A stretch of DNA of 64,000 nucleotides from an uncultured Rivularia sp. (GTDB taxonomy: Bacteria > Cyanobacteriota > Cyanobacteriia > Cyanobacteriales > Nostocaceae): positions 4,800,001 to 4,864,000 of the forward strand of contig OY762007.1 of assembly GCA_963665115.1 (NCBI GenBank). The letters run 5' to 3'. The translations under genes and the position numbers were made by a program. The notes under the pieces were generated by a model. It was given only the letters and a program-made list of their open reading frames with translations. It was not told the DNA's origin and made no database searches. This document shows, piece after piece, positions 11,618 through 22,912 of the stretch (position 1 is the stretch's first letter; each line of letters begins with the position of its first letter).

Positions 11618-12574
11618 TCAGCCAACCAATAAACTAAATTTATCGCCGACAAAACTTACTACACGATGGGTAACGGGTAGACTATCAATTACCATACCCA
11701 AACACAACAGCATCATGTAAGAAATGGAATAAAGAAACATTCCTTTAGCCGAACTACGATCTTGAGGATTATGTAATAATTGCCACGCTTTACGAATAAA
11801 TACTGCTCCCAAACACAAAGCAATAGTAGCGTAAATAATTCCTACTGAATGTAAGGGATAAACCAGTAAAAACGTTGCTGCAACTGTTACAAGGGTATAC
11901 CACCAAATTTGCTTAACTGTTGCTTCCTCTCCCGCAACTACTGGTAGCATTGGTACGTTTACTGCTGCGTAATCATCCTTAATCATCAATGCTAAAGACC
12001 AGAAGTGTGGTGGAGTCCAAACAAAGACAATACCAAATATCAACCACGCAGTTGGACTTAAAGTACCTGTTACCGCAGCCCAACCAACCAAGGCGGGAAT
12101 TGCTCCTGCTGCTCCCCCAATGACAATATTTTGAGTGCTATTGCGCTTCAGCCAGTGGGTGTAGATCAACAAGTAAAAAGCAATCCCAGACATTGCTAAG
12201 AAAGCAGAAAGCAAATTAGCAAATATACTAAGCAGCGCAAAAGAAGCTACAGCTAAAACGATGGCAAAAATTAAAGCATCGCGGGGTTGTACTCTACCAG
12301 AAGGAATGGGGCGATGTCGGGTACGCTCCATATCATAATCAATATCGCGGTCGTAAATACAATTGATTGTTTGGGCGCTAGCAGCCGCCAAAGTACCACC
12401 AGCAAGAGTTACTAATAACAATATGGGATTTACTTCTCCCGATGCAGCTATCCACATACTTCCAGCAGTGGTAATCAGCAGCAAAGGAATAATGCGAGGC
12501 TTAGTTAGCTGGTAGTAACTTTGAATAACTTGTAAAAACGTCGAGTGTCGTGGAGAGACATTTGTCTCAATCAT
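11618..12574 (-). CDS. ctaB: Protoheme IX farnesyltransferase (heme o synthase)
   Basis: LTKPRII, DRDIDYDMERTRHRPIPSG, WTPPHFWSLA; adjacent to the cox genes. Confidence 0.95.
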   Translation of the reverse strand: MIETNVSPRHSTFLQVIQSYYQLTKPRIIPLLLITTAGSMWIAASGEVNPILLLVTLAGGTLAAASAQTINCIYDRDIDYDMERTRHRPIPSGRVQPRDALIFAIVLAVASFALLSIFANLLSAFLAMSGIAFYLLIYTHWLKRNSTQNIVIGGAAGAIPALVGWAAVTGTLSPTAWLIFGIVFVWTPPHFWSLALMIKDDYAAVNVPMLPVVAGEEATVKQIWWYTLVTVAATFLLVYPLHSVGIIYATIALCLGAVFIRKAWQLLHNPQDRSSAKGMFLYSISYMMLLCLGMVIDSLPVTHRVVSFVGDKFSLLVG

Positions 12575-12767
12575 CTTGGTAATGGTTCCTTATTTTTTAA
12601 CAATTTATATGCTGTTTTTGCCTTTGCAGGCTGTTAGCGTCGAACAAATTAGTTATTAGTTATTAGTTATTAGTTGTTAGTTATCAGTGACCAGTGACCA
12701 GTTAGCAGTTACCAGTTACTAATTTATAATTCACTACTAACTACTAACCACTAACTACTAACTACTA

Positions 12768-13742
12768 TCAACTAACATCACTTGTAGCAGATGAATTCAA
12801 CTCCTGGTTGTAACCTGAAATACTGCGAGTGTCCATCCAATCGCGGATTGCAAGAACTGTAAAAACGACTAATACTCCTAGTAAAGAAGCCCCAATCGCT
12901 TGATGGGTAACTGTAAGAGGTTCTACTTGTAAATGTAAGCGGAAGGTCGCAAATCCTAAGATAATCTGTAATATTAGTAACCCACCTGCAATATTTGCTA
13001 GCTTCCGTAAAGCCGGATGTAGTGCTGGCGTGCGCCATGACACAAATACCAAGGCTAATGTCGCGATAGTTGGCGGCAATAAACCGAAAATATGGGTGTA
13101 CATGACGGTACAAAGTTGATCCCCACCAAAACATTGATGCAATGCCCAACGCGAACCGACTAAGGCACCTAACAAACTTTGTAAATAAACCAAAACGCTA
13201 GCAATAACAGATATTGCAGGTAACTTACCACCCTGTCCCGTCGCCTTGTAAGGTGTAAGAGCCGAACCAATAACCAGTAAAGTTGTGAAGAAGAATAATG
13301 CAGTTCCCAGATGAGCGGTAACGATATCAAACCGCAAAAGCTGAGTAACTGTAAGTCCTCCCAAAATACCTTGGAAGACTATTAAAAATAGGGCAAACGT
13401 ACAAGCCCAGGGCAGCCATTTTGGTAAAAAACGACGATTCCACCAAGATGTTCCAACTAAAAATATGGCACTAAACCCAATTAGTGAAGCATCTAATCGG
13501 TGAAACCATTCTAGGAAAACTTGGAAATTCATTTGTTTCGTTGGCACAAGTTTCCCATAGCAAAGCGGCCAATCCGGACAAGCAAGTCCAGCATTCATCA
13601 CGCGGGTAGCGCTACCGATCGCCATCAAAATCAAAGTAGCGATCGCCATTTTCCACACGAGACGGCGAATTTTATCTTTTTGCGATTGTTGCTCTGTTAT
13701 CGCAACTTGGTTTTGTTGTTCTAAAGCAAATTGGCTCATCAA
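12768..13742 (-). CDS. ctaA: Heme A synthase (COX15/CtaA)
   Basis: GLACPDWPLC, EWFHR and conserved His in TM helices; upstream of ctaB. Confidence 0.93.
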   Translation of the reverse strand: MMSQFALEQQNQVAITEQQSQKDKIRRLVWKMAIATLILMAIGSATRVMNAGLACPDWPLCYGKLVPTKQMNFQVFLEWFHRLDASLIGFSAIFLVGTSWWNRRFLPKWLPWACTFALFLIVFQGILGGLTVTQLLRFDIVTAHLGTALFFFTTLLVIGSALTPYKATGQGGKLPAISVIASVLVYLQSLLGALVGSRWALHQCFGGDQLCTVMYTHIFGLLPPTIATLALVFVSWRTPALHPALRKLANIAGGLLILQIILGFATFRLHLQVEPLTVTHQAIGASLLGVLVVFTVLAIRDWMDTRSISGYNQELNSSATSDVS

Positions 13743-14166
13743 CTGTACCTTTTTCTTATGCCCGGAAACCCGAGCTACAACATCATAATTTAATTACGCA
13801 AACACTCTCGTCTCCACCCTAGCGCAAACACCTGCGTAGGATACGAATCCCTTCACTTATACTCTGGATCGCAAATCAAGAATGTAGCCAAAAGCTTTAG
13901 AGATTTTTTAGGTTGTGATGAATTGGGCATGGAGAATTGGGGATTGGACATTGGAAATTGGTAATGGGGTATCGAATTTTAGATTTTAGATTTTGGATTG
14001 AGAGTTATAAGTTAACTTTCTTCCCCCTCTCTCCCCGTCTCCCAACTACGGAGTCTAAAAAATAATAAAGATTTTTACTTGTTACACTCAATCCTAAGGC
14101 GGTGGATTAACTTAGTATGTGGGTAGTTCTTAAATAATCTAGTAAATCCGTTAACTGTTATTAACC

Positions 14167-15189
14167 GTGAATATTCCAAGTACAATCTGGACGTTATTAA
14201 TTGGTATTCTGCTGACCTTAACCAGTTTCTGGTTCGGTCAAAATCATGGCCTATTGCCTGCTGCAGCTTCGGATGAGGCTGTTCTGGTAGATGGCTTGTT
14301 TAATACGATGATGACTGTTTCTGTAGGCATATTTCTCATCGTTGAAGGTGTTTTGATTTTTAGTGCCTTCAAATACCGCCGTCGTAAGGGAGATGATACA
14401 GATGCCGAACCGATTCATGGTAATGTACCGTTAGAAATTCTCTGGACGGCAATTCCAGCTATCATTGTTCTCGGTATTTCTGTTTACAGTTTTGATGTAT
14501 ACAATTCAATTGGCGGATTTAATCCGATGGAGGCTCAGGAATCTCCTATAGCTCCGCAAGCCACATCAATGCCTGGTGCAGCTATAGCAGCAACTTTAGA
14601 CAATCCTGATGCTTCAGATGTCAGAAATATCGACCAGCTTCCCGAAAAAGAAAATGCTCCCGCTACGGGTATAGTTTCTCCTAAAGTAGGCGCTAGTCCT
14701 AAAAATCAAGGTAAACAGCCGGATTTGTTAGTAAAAGTTACTGGTTTGCAGTATGCTTTCCTGTTTAACTATCCTGACAGTAATGTTTTTTCTGGTGAGT
14801 TACACGTTCCCATTGGTAGAGAAGTAAAACTCGATATGGCGGCAAATGATGTAATTCATGCTTTTTGGGTGCCGGAATTTCGCCTTAAGCAAGATATAAT
14901 TCCCGGAATGAATACGGAACTTCGGTTTACACCTAAAACAGTAGGCGATTACAAGGTAATTTGCGCCGAACTTTGCGGTCCTTATCATGGTGCCATGAAT
15001 ACGAAAGTTATTGTTCAAACACCATCCGATTTTGATAGTTGGATTAAAGAACAGCAAGTTGCAAGCAAAGAAACGTTTAATCAGGCAGTTGCTGTTAACC
15101 CCGCAGAACAATCAGCGGATGAATTTCTTTCTCCCTACACCAGCGAGATGGGAATTTCATCAGAAATGCTACACCAAATTCACAATTAA
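14167..15189 (+). CDS. ctaC: Cytochrome c oxidase subunit II (coxB)
   Basis: LEILWTAIP; CuA ligands DVIHAFW and CAELCGPYHGAM. Confidence 0.95.
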   Translation: MNIPSTIWTLLIGILLTLTSFWFGQNHGLLPAAASDEAVLVDGLFNTMMTVSVGIFLIVEGVLIFSAFKYRRRKGDDTDAEPIHGNVPLEILWTAIPAIIVLGISVYSFDVYNSIGGFNPMEAQESPIAPQATSMPGAAIAATLDNPDASDVRNIDQLPEKENAPATGIVSPKVGASPKNQGKQPDLLVKVTGLQYAFLFNYPDSNVFSGELHVPIGREVKLDMAANDVIHAFWVPEFRLKQDIIPGMNTELRFTPKTVGDYKVICAELCGPYHGAMNTKVIVQTPSDFDSWIKEQQVASKETFNQAVAVNPAEQSADEFLSPYTSEMGISSEMLHQIHN

Positions 15190-15325
15190 TTGTAGAGACG
15201 TAGCATTGCTACGTCTATAGGTTAGTGGTTAGGAGTTAGTGGTAAATAAACAACTATCAACTATCGACTAACAACTTTCACCCGGAGGGTGTGGATCATC
15301 AAATATCAAACAATAAAGAATTTTT

Positions 15326-17059
15326 ATGACACAAACACAGTTGGAACAAACCAACCATACAACTGATACTTTACTTAATCCTCAGAGAAAATGGTGGGAG
15401 TATTTTACTTTTAATACCGACCATAAAGTGATTGGGATTCAGTACTTAGTTACTACATTCATTTTTTACTGTATCGGCGGTTTGATGGCGGATTTGGTTC
15501 GCACCGAATTGCGGACTCCTGCTTCAGACTTTGTAAGTCCAGAACTTTACAATAGTTTGTTTACGCTGCACGCTACAATCATGATTTTTCTGTGGATTGT
15601 GCCAGCGGGTGCGGGTTTTGCTAATTATCTGATTCCCTTGATGATTGGGGCTGAAGATATGGCTTTTCCTAAATTAAATGCCCTTGCATTCTGGATGGTT
15701 CCTCCTTCTGGCATATTGCTAATCAGCAGTTTGCTTGTTGGGGATGCACCAGATGCAGGTTGGACTTCTTACCCTCCATTGAGTTTAGTTACCGGGCAGG
15801 TAGGTGAGGCAATTTGGATTGGTAGTATCCTGCTGCTGGGTACTTCTTCTATTTTGGGTGCCATTAATTTTCTGGTAACTTTGTTGAAAATGCGTGCCCC
15901 AGGTATCGGTTTTCATCAATTACCGTTGTTTTGCTGGGCAATGTTGGCTACCTCAGCACTGGTTCTGATTTCAACCCCAGTGTTAGCAGGCGCATTAATT
16001 CTACTTTCTTTTGACTTAATTGCCGGAACTGCATTTTTTAACCCAACTGGTGGTGGGAACCCGGTAGTTTACCAGCATATGTTCTGGTTTTACTCGCACC
16101 CTGCGGTTTACATCATGATTTTGCCTTTCTTCGGGGTAATCTCTGAAGTAATTCCGACTCATTCCCGCAAACCGATTTTTGGTTATAAGGCGATCGCCTA
16201 TTCTTCTCTGGCAATTAGCTTTTTGGGTTTGATTGTTTGGGCGCACCATATGTTTACCAGCGGTATTCCTGGTTGGTTGCGGATGTTTTTCATGATTACC
16301 ACTATGGTGATTGCCGTACCTACTGGTATTAAAATATTTAGTTGGTTGGCTACAATGTGGGGTGGGAAAATCCGTCTCAACAGCGCGATGCTTTTTGCAA
16401 TGGGCTTCTTGGGTATCTTCGTAATTGGCGGTATCAGTGGCGTAATGTTAGCTGCGGTGCCTTTTGATATCCACGTCCACGATACATATTTTGTCGTTGC
16501 CCACTTGCATTACGTGTTATTCGGCGGTTCGGTTTTGGGAATTTTTGCCGGTTACTACCACTGGTTCCCCAAAATTACCGGACGATTGGTTAATGAAACC
16601 TTGGGTAGAATTCATTTTGCCCTAACAATTGTCGGTATGAATATGACTTTCTTACCGATGCACCAATTGGGTTTGATGGGTATGAATCGCCGTATCGCGA
16701 TGTATGACCCCAAATTTGCCGCTATTAACGAATTTTGTACCTACGGTTCCTACATCTTGGCAGTATCCACATTACCCTTCATCATCAATGTGCTTTGGAG
16801 TTGGAGGGCTGGTAAAGAAGCCGGTAATAATCCTTGGGATTGCTTGACATTGGAATGGATGACTGCTTCACCACCAGCAATCGAAAACTTTGAGTCACAC
16901 CCTTTCCTGATTATCGGGCCTTACGAATACGGAACCGAAAGAGCGCAACAAGTTGTAGCTTTATCTCGTACCGACGATCCATTCGGTAATGCTAAATCTC
17001 CGGCACCAAAAACCAGAGATGACGATGAATCGTATCCGGCGATCGCAGCTGAAGCCTGA
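15326..17059 (+). CDS. ctaD: Cytochrome c oxidase subunit I (coxA)
   Basis: TDHKVIG, GWTSYPPL, WFYSHPAVY, WAHHMF, AHLHY. Confidence 0.97.
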   Translation: MTQTQLEQTNHTTDTLLNPQRKWWEYFTFNTDHKVIGIQYLVTTFIFYCIGGLMADLVRTELRTPASDFVSPELYNSLFTLHATIMIFLWIVPAGAGFANYLIPLMIGAEDMAFPKLNALAFWMVPPSGILLISSLLVGDAPDAGWTSYPPLSLVTGQVGEAIWIGSILLLGTSSILGAINFLVTLLKMRAPGIGFHQLPLFCWAMLATSALVLISTPVLAGALILLSFDLIAGTAFFNPTGGGNPVVYQHMFWFYSHPAVYIMILPFFGVISEVIPTHSRKPIFGYKAIAYSSLAISFLGLIVWAHHMFTSGIPGWLRMFFMITTMVIAVPTGIKIFSWLATMWGGKIRLNSAMLFAMGFLGIFVIGGISGVMLAAVPFDIHVHDTYFVVAHLHYVLFGGSVLGIFAGYYHWFPKITGRLVNETLGRIHFALTIVGMNMTFLPMHQLGLMGMNRRIAMYDPKFAAINEFCTYGSYILAVSTLPFIINVLWSWRAGKEAGNNPWDCLTLEWMTASPPAIENFESHPFLIIGPYEYGTERAQQVVALSRTDDPFGNAKSPAPKTRDDDESYPAIAAEA

Positions 17060-17403
17060 TAACTAACATCTTGTACCATTTTCAATAAGTCCAAAGAAAC
17101 CGGGTTTCTAAGAGTGAAAACATGATTTTTCGTTTATCCATTTGCAAGAAACCCGGTTTCTCGTCTCCGATGCAAGATATCCCAATACCAGGTTTCACAA
17201 GTAATAATTAGTAAGTAAAAAGTAATAAGTAACACCTTTCCCGCTCATGGTAGAGGATTCAAGTAATGAATGCAGGTTTTTATTCGTCTTTAAAAGACGA
17301 GGCTTTATACCATACTTCGGGCAATATTTATTACTTTTTACTTCTTACTTCTTACTTAAGCCCGAAGGGCTTTGGTAAATCCTTTTTACTCAATTAAAAA
17401 TTT

Positions 17404-18027
17404 ATGCAAAGTTCAGCAATCGATCCAGCAAAAACAGAACAAAATCACCATCGTGCAGCTACCGTAGAAGCACAACACGCAGAACATCCAGACCATCGGC
17501 TGTTTGGATTAGTTGTATTTCTCGTCGCTGAAGGAATGATTTTCTTGGGTATGTTCGGTGCATATTTTGCTTTCCGTTCTACTTTAGCCGAATGGCCTCC
17601 CGCAGGCACCCCAGAGTTAGAATTATTGCTTCCTGGAATTAACACCATAATTCTAATTTCTAGTAGTTTTGTAATTCATAATGCCGATTCCGCGATTAAA
17701 AAGAACAACGTGCGGGGAATGCAAATGTGGTTTGCGATTACCGCTATTATGGGAATTATCTTTTTGTGCGGTCAAATTTACGAATACAAACATCTAGAAT
17801 TTGGTTTAACAACTAACTTATTTGCTAGTGCATTTTACGTATTAACAGGTTTCCACGGATTGCACGTTACCGTCGGAGTTTTAGCGATATTAGCTGTATT
17901 GTGGCGTTCTCGCAAACAGAATCACTACAGCGATCAGCATCATTTCGGTATCGAAGCGGCTGAATTATATTGGCACTTTGTTGATGTAATTTGGATTGTG
18001 CTTTTTGGAATTTTGTATCTGCTTTAA
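17404..18027 (+). CDS. ctaE: Cytochrome c oxidase subunit III (coxC)
   Basis: TGFHGLHV, YWHFVDVIW. Confidence 0.95.
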   Translation: MQSSAIDPAKTEQNHHRAATVEAQHAEHPDHRLFGLVVFLVAEGMIFLGMFGAYFAFRSTLAEWPPAGTPELELLLPGINTIILISSSFVIHNADSAIKKNNVRGMQMWFAITAIMGIIFLCGQIYEYKHLEFGLTTNLFASAFYVLTGFHGLHVTVGVLAILAVLWRSRKQNHYSDQHHFGIEAAELYWHFVDVIWIVLFGILYLL

Positions 18028-18052
18028 GTACTTTTTGTAGTTTAAATATTTG

Positions 18053-18078
18053 AAAACCCCCAGCGTTGGGGGTTTTTT
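18053..18078 (+). terminator. Intrinsic terminator after ctaE
   Basis: AAAACCCCCA-GCGT-TGGGGGTTTT hairpin ending in a T run, ~25 bp after the stop. Confidence 0.8.
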
Positions 18079-18314
18079 GTTTAATAGTATAAATAAAAAA
18101 TAAATGTATTAGTTATGAGAAGTCCGAGCGCCTCTCTTGCCGATCTTATGTTTAATTGATTTTGAGCCGTTTCGTAGTAGAAAATGCGCGTCCTAAATCT
18201 GGGGGCTAAAGCCCTTACTACGAACTTGTTAAGCTTTATTATTTTTACTAACAAAAACTTCCTTTAATACACTTTGCAGTTTTAAAATTCTATAGGTACA
18301 AGATTATCTGAGAT

Positions 18315-18635
18315 ATGGCTTTAAAAATTATTCAAAGTTTTGATAGTAATTTCACTTTAGAACCAGAAGCTAAAGCAGCTTTATTTGAACTGTTAACAAA
18401 CGAAAGTTTTCTAAAGCAGGTTTGCCAGCAGTCAAAATGCGAACAAGTAGAATTTACAGAATTGTTATTTCAGCCGGTTCCTTACAGCAGCGCTACACCC
18501 AAAGGAATGCCAGCAGAATTTGAGAAATATCATGAATCTGAAGAGTACGCAATTCTAAACGTACCGCCGAATTTTATGTTTAAAGCCAAGATTTTTAAAC
18601 CAAGTCGGCTATGTGCGATTTATCGAAAAACTTGA
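18315..18635 (+). CDS. Hypothetical protein
   Basis: 106-aa ORF with plausible composition; no motif recognised. Confidence 0.65.
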   Translation: MALKIIQSFDSNFTLEPEAKAALFELLTNESFLKQVCQQSKCEQVEFTELLFQPVPYSSATPKGMPAEFEKYHESEEYAILNVPPNFMFKAKIFKPSRLCAIYRKT

Positions 18636-18721
18636 TAGTAGTTAGTGCTTAATGGTTAGTTGCTAGTTGTTAACTGTTAGCCTCAAATAATTAATTGATA
18701 ATTGATAATTGTTAACTAAAA

Positions 18722-19270
18722 ATGGCTACACAAACAAATATTCCCGAATTAACGAGTTTAGATTTTATTCCTTATATTGATGAAAACGGGAACTTACCGG
18801 AACAATATCAAGGAGAAATTGGAGTTTACGCAATATTCGATCGAGATAAAAACCTACAATTCGTCGGTTACTCCCGCGATGTTTTCCTTAGTCTTAGACA
18901 GCATTTAGTACGACAACCGGAATTTTGCTATTGGGTAAAAGTAGAAACTATTGAACGTCCTAGCCGTAAGATTTTAGAAGAAATTGAACAAGCTTGGATT
19001 GCGGAAAATGGTAGCGTACCTGTAGGAAATGGAGAAAATAAAGATAAATGGGTTTCTCCAATTGATGCAAAAGCTTTGATTACTCCCGAAGAACAAGCTA
19101 ATTATGATAGTCCAGTCATTGATGAAATGGCGAAGATGAAAATTATTAAAAATGTAGCGCGGAGAGTTGAAGCTGATATCTTGAAACAGTTAGAAGCGCG
19201 GGGTTTGCAAATGCAGGTTCGATTTAATCCCAAACTGAAGGAAGAAGGTTTGCTGGATTTGAAATCTTAA
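18722..19270 (+). CDS. GIY-YIG nuclease-family protein
   Basis: GVYAIFD...QFVGYSRD...LRQH. Confidence 0.75.
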   Translation: MATQTNIPELTSLDFIPYIDENGNLPEQYQGEIGVYAIFDRDKNLQFVGYSRDVFLSLRQHLVRQPEFCYWVKVETIERPSRKILEEIEQAWIAENGSVPVGNGENKDKWVSPIDAKALITPEEQANYDSPVIDEMAKMKIIKNVARRVEADILKQLEARGLQMQVRFNPKLKEEGLLDLKS

Positions 19271-19477
19271 TTTTTGGTGAAAGGCAAGAGGGGCAGGGTA
19301 CGGGGTACACAGAATCATATATTCCTTCTGTTTCCCGTAGCCTGTTCCCTATTCCCCATTCGCTACTCAAAACAAATAATTTCAGAGCTTTCACGATACT
19401 AATTTCCGAAATATTAAGTTATAACAAGAAACTGTAAAGTAAATTTTTTCAAACTTTTAGGAAAAGAATATAAACTT

Positions 19478-19915
19478 ATGGAGCAAAATATTTCTCCCCT
19501 ACCTCATAAAGTTATCGGTGTCGCTGTAATTTGGAATGAAAAAGAGCAAATTTTAATCGATCGCCGTCGTCAGGAAGGAGCGATGGGGGGTTTATGGGAA
19601 TTTCCTGGCGGCAAAATAGAACCAGGTGAAACTATTGAAGAATGTATTAAAAGAGAAATTGATGAAGAGTTAGCAATAGATATTCAAATCGGCGAGCATC
19701 TTATAACCATCGATCATACTTATAGCGATCTACGAGTTACTCTCACCGTACATGAATGTCGGCATATTAGAAGAGTTCCCCAACCATTAGAATGTGACGA
19801 AATCCGCTGGGTAAACTTAGAACAATTAGAACAGTTTAATTTCCCCGCTGCAAATTTCCAAATTATTACAGCCTTACAACAGAAAGCAGCTAACCGAAAA
19901 CAGCTAACAACTTAA
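19478..19915 (+). CDS. mutT: Nudix hydrolase, 8-oxo-dGTP diphosphatase-like
   Basis: WEFPGGKIEPGETIEECIKREIDEEL Nudix box; FPAAN. Confidence 0.85.
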   Translation: MEQNISPLPHKVIGVAVIWNEKEQILIDRRRQEGAMGGLWEFPGGKIEPGETIEECIKREIDEELAIDIQIGEHLITIDHTYSDLRVTLTVHECRHIRRVPQPLECDEIRWVNLEQLEQFNFPAANFQIITALQQKAANRKQLTT

Positions 19916-19975
19916 AGCATCTAACTGCTAAACACCTTTGAGCGGATAATTGTTAATTGATAATTGATAACTGAT

Positions 19976-21192
19976 TTAATTCGGATACACAGGCAGTATA
20001 AAGTGAAACCAAGCTCCTCCGGTAGGTGCGGTATCTACCCAAATTTGACCGTAATGAGCTTGAACAATTTTTTGACACAAGCTTAAGCCTATACCGTAAC
20101 CGTCTTTTGCTTGATCTCGTTCTAAACGAAAGCGATTTTCAAAAATGCGATCGCGATTTTCTTCGGGAATACCCAAACCGCTATCGCCAATGCTAAATTG
20201 CACTTTTTGATTGGTACGATGCAAACCGGAAATAATAATTGTGCCTTGGGGCGGAGTATATTTAATGGCGTTGTCTAAAAGGTTTTTCACTACCTGCCCG
20301 ATGCGTTCGGGATCTGCGTATACGTATGGTAAGTCTTGCGGAATATCTGTTTCTATTTTTAGAAATTTCGCTTTATAGGATTCGCGTAATTCTTCAAGCA
20401 CTTCCATACAAATATCACCCAAGATTATTTTTTGAGGTGATATAGGAATTTTTGTATCATTACCGCGTCCCCCACCTGTAAAAGATCGGTAATCATTCTT
20501 TCAATTACCTTTGTTTGGCTGCGGGCATGATTCAGCACATTAGCGGTTAAGAGGGGCGTTAATCGCTTGAATTGACCATTTTCACTGTTGAAATTATTTT
20601 TTAAGGTATCAATAGCGATGATTGCTGCGGTAAGTGGGTTGCGGAGATCGTGTACTAACATCGCGATGACACGATCTTTAAATTGCAACTGTTCTTGAAG
20701 CTGCTGTTTTTCTTGCTTTAAACGAAAAACTTCATCGGTAAGCTCGATAATTTCTGAAGAAATAGCCAGCGAATTGATGGGAATTTGAGATTTTTTGATG
20801 TACCCGTCGGGGTCATTTTCTACAGCTTGTTTAAGGTCTTGCTGTACTTGGAGATAAGATTCTACACTAGTTTGCCATCTAGACCACCAAGTTTTTAACT
20901 GAGCAACTAAATTGCTACCGGCTAAAACCTGTCGGGGTTCTGGATGAATTCTAATTAGTGCTGGTGTTGCCACCAATTTAAAATGCTCTGCTAAATGGGG
21001 TTGTTTGCCCACATCAACAACTTGAAGTTCAAAATTATATTCAAGCTGTAAATCTGTGAGATACGAACGAATCTGTTGTATTTGTAGTCGGGACTTGGGA
21101 CGTTCATCCACAAACAGTAATAGTTGTAATGGGGCTTCCGAATTAATAAGTTGTTGTCCCTGAGAAGCTGGCATCAAATATTGTTTCAACAC
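19976..21192 (-). pseudogene. sasA: Circadian output histidine kinase SasA (KaiB-like domain, HisKA, HATPase); apparent frameshift in the C5 run at 20469-20473
   Basis: LQLLLFVD...[23 protein letters not shown]aiB-like domain; VHDLRNPL H-box. Correcting the run links LLQVG to [22 protein letters not shown] and the HATPase ORF (NAIKY, DSGLG, GYGIGL). Confidence 0.9.
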
Positions 21193-21252
21193 TGGTCACA
21201 AACCGTTATAACTTTCGATGAGACCACTCGGCGGTGTCAGTTTCTGTCCCGT

Positions 21253-21310
21253 CGTTCGCGTAGCGTCTCCAAAGGAGATAGTGGCGTTAGCGCAGCGTCT
21301 CCGGAGGAGA
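21253..21310. repeat. Two tandem copies of a ~26-bp dispersed hairpin repeat; related copies at 9680-9705 and 62896-62923
   Basis: Consensus T(C/G)TCC-loop-GGA(G/C)ACGCTNCGC(G/T)AACG, read on the minus strand here. Confidence 0.7.
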
Positions 21311-21424
21311 TACCCGAAGGGTGAAAGTAGAATGGACTGACGGATGCGCGTAAAGCAGTCCTTTTTAATTCTATTTTAGATTTTTTTTAGACTTTAGACT
21401 TTCATTTTTTATTGGATTTTTAAC

Positions 21425-22912
21425 ATGAAATACACCTTTTTTAGTTTTTTGCTTCCTTTTTGTTTGCTAGCTAATTTTGAACAAGCTTTTGCGGTTGAAG
21501 CTGAGTCACAATCTTCTCCAAATCGTAGTCGGAAGTCAAGCCAAGTGACAAGCTTTGATACTGTTTCAAAAAAGTTGGTTAATCGCCAGGTAAATTTAAT
21601 TTATCGTATTCAAAAAGCGCTATCGGAAGCCGATCCTAATAGAATGCGAGCCGTGGGAGGACAATTAATTACTCACACTGTAGTTGTAGAAAGTTTTCTT
21701 AAAAGTCAATATCCGCAACCCCAAGCTTTATGCAATCAAAATCGAAATGCTTCGGTTGATTTTATACCTCCTTTAAGTCCATCCTCTTCAAAAGTTTATT
21801 GTTCTTTGTATAATTCCAGCCGAGAATTATCAAAACTGACTCCAATCTTAGATAGACTTTTATCTCGACGTGGAGAATTAGCCATTGTAAGAGAATTGCC
21901 TTTAGTTAGCGGAGAGAAACAATCCGATTTAGTACTTCCGATGTCTCCACTTACCCGTCCAAATCTTAGAAAATTGGCGACTCCTTATGCTATTTTAGAA
22001 CCTTCCGTGGAACCAGATACTTCATTAATTATTGGCAAGATAAAAAAGAGAGCAATCGCAAATTATGTTCCACCAGTTCAACCAGCAATTAAACCACCAT
22101 CTGAAGCACTAAAGATTTTAACAAATGCAGAACAGTATTTAGCAACAGCAATATCTGTACTTCCTGCTGAAAATAATTTTCCAAATCCGAGAAAAATGAC
22201 GGCAGAATTTAACCGTTTAGCTTATGATGTTGACCTCCAAGAAAAGCAAACTTACCGAAAATTGCTATTAATGCCTAATACGGGTATTTTTCGCGTATTG
22301 CCAAATCAAGCTTATCTTCGTCCCTTGAATACTGTAGAAAATCGCTCCCAAAAAAATATTCTCGATCGCTATCCTTTCCCAGTTTTGGGCAAACCCAAAG
22401 GGAACTTTACGCCCAATTTACCACTTCAAATAGTAAAAGGAAAGTTTCAGCTACAGTCCCAGGGAGTCGATTATGGTTTTATCGCAGAAATTGGTGATGT
22501 ACCTTTAGAAAAATTGGATCGGGACTTACTAACTGTAGATCCTAAAAAGCGAAACAATTTAGTTAACTATCAGCCTCCTAGTAAATTAAATGCGCTACTT
22601 ATGGAAAAGCGAAAAGTTATTACCGGCAAACACAAAAATTTCAATGTCGATGCCAAATTAAATCATACTTATTTAGTCCGTAATTTGCAGTTTCAATTAC
22701 CAGAAATTATTACTAGAAATCAAGTAATTTCAGGCAAACAACGTCGCTATATAGACCAATTATTGCAAATGCAAAGTAGCGATATAATTGTTGCTTTTAG
22801 ACCTGTACGCCGTCATTCTGATGGAAGCTATACCGTGACTTGGCGAGTATTGCAGCAATTAAAAGATCCGCAAATTGAAGATTTAGAAGATTATCTCAAG
22901 TTTCAAAGATAG
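21425..22912 (+). CDS. Hypothetical exported protein
   Basis: 495-aa ORF with N-terminal signal peptide ending in AFA. Confidence 0.75.
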   Translation: MKYTFFSFLLPFCLLANFEQAFAVEAESQSSPNRSRKSSQVTSFDTVSKKLVNRQVNLIYRIQKALSEADPNRMRAVGGQLITHTVVVESFLKSQYPQPQALCNQNRNASVDFIPPLSPSSSKVYCSLYNSSRELSKLTPILDRLLSRRGELAIVRELPLVSGEKQSDLVLPMSPLTRPNLRKLATPYAILEPSVEPDTSLIIGKIKKRAIANYVPPVQPAIKPPSEALKILTNAEQYLATAISVLPAENNFPNPRKMTAEFNRLAYDVDLQEKQTYRKLLLMPNTGIFRVLPNQAYLRPLNTVENRSQKNILDRYPFPVLGKPKGNFTPNLPLQIVKGKFQLQSQGVDYGFIAEIGDVPLEKLDRDLLTVDPKKRNNLVNYQPPSKLNALLMEKRKVITGKHKNFNVDAKLNHTYLVRNLQFQLPEIITRNQVISGKQRRYIDQLLQMQSSDIIVAFRPVRRHSDGSYTVTWRVLQQLKDPQIEDLEDYLKFQR

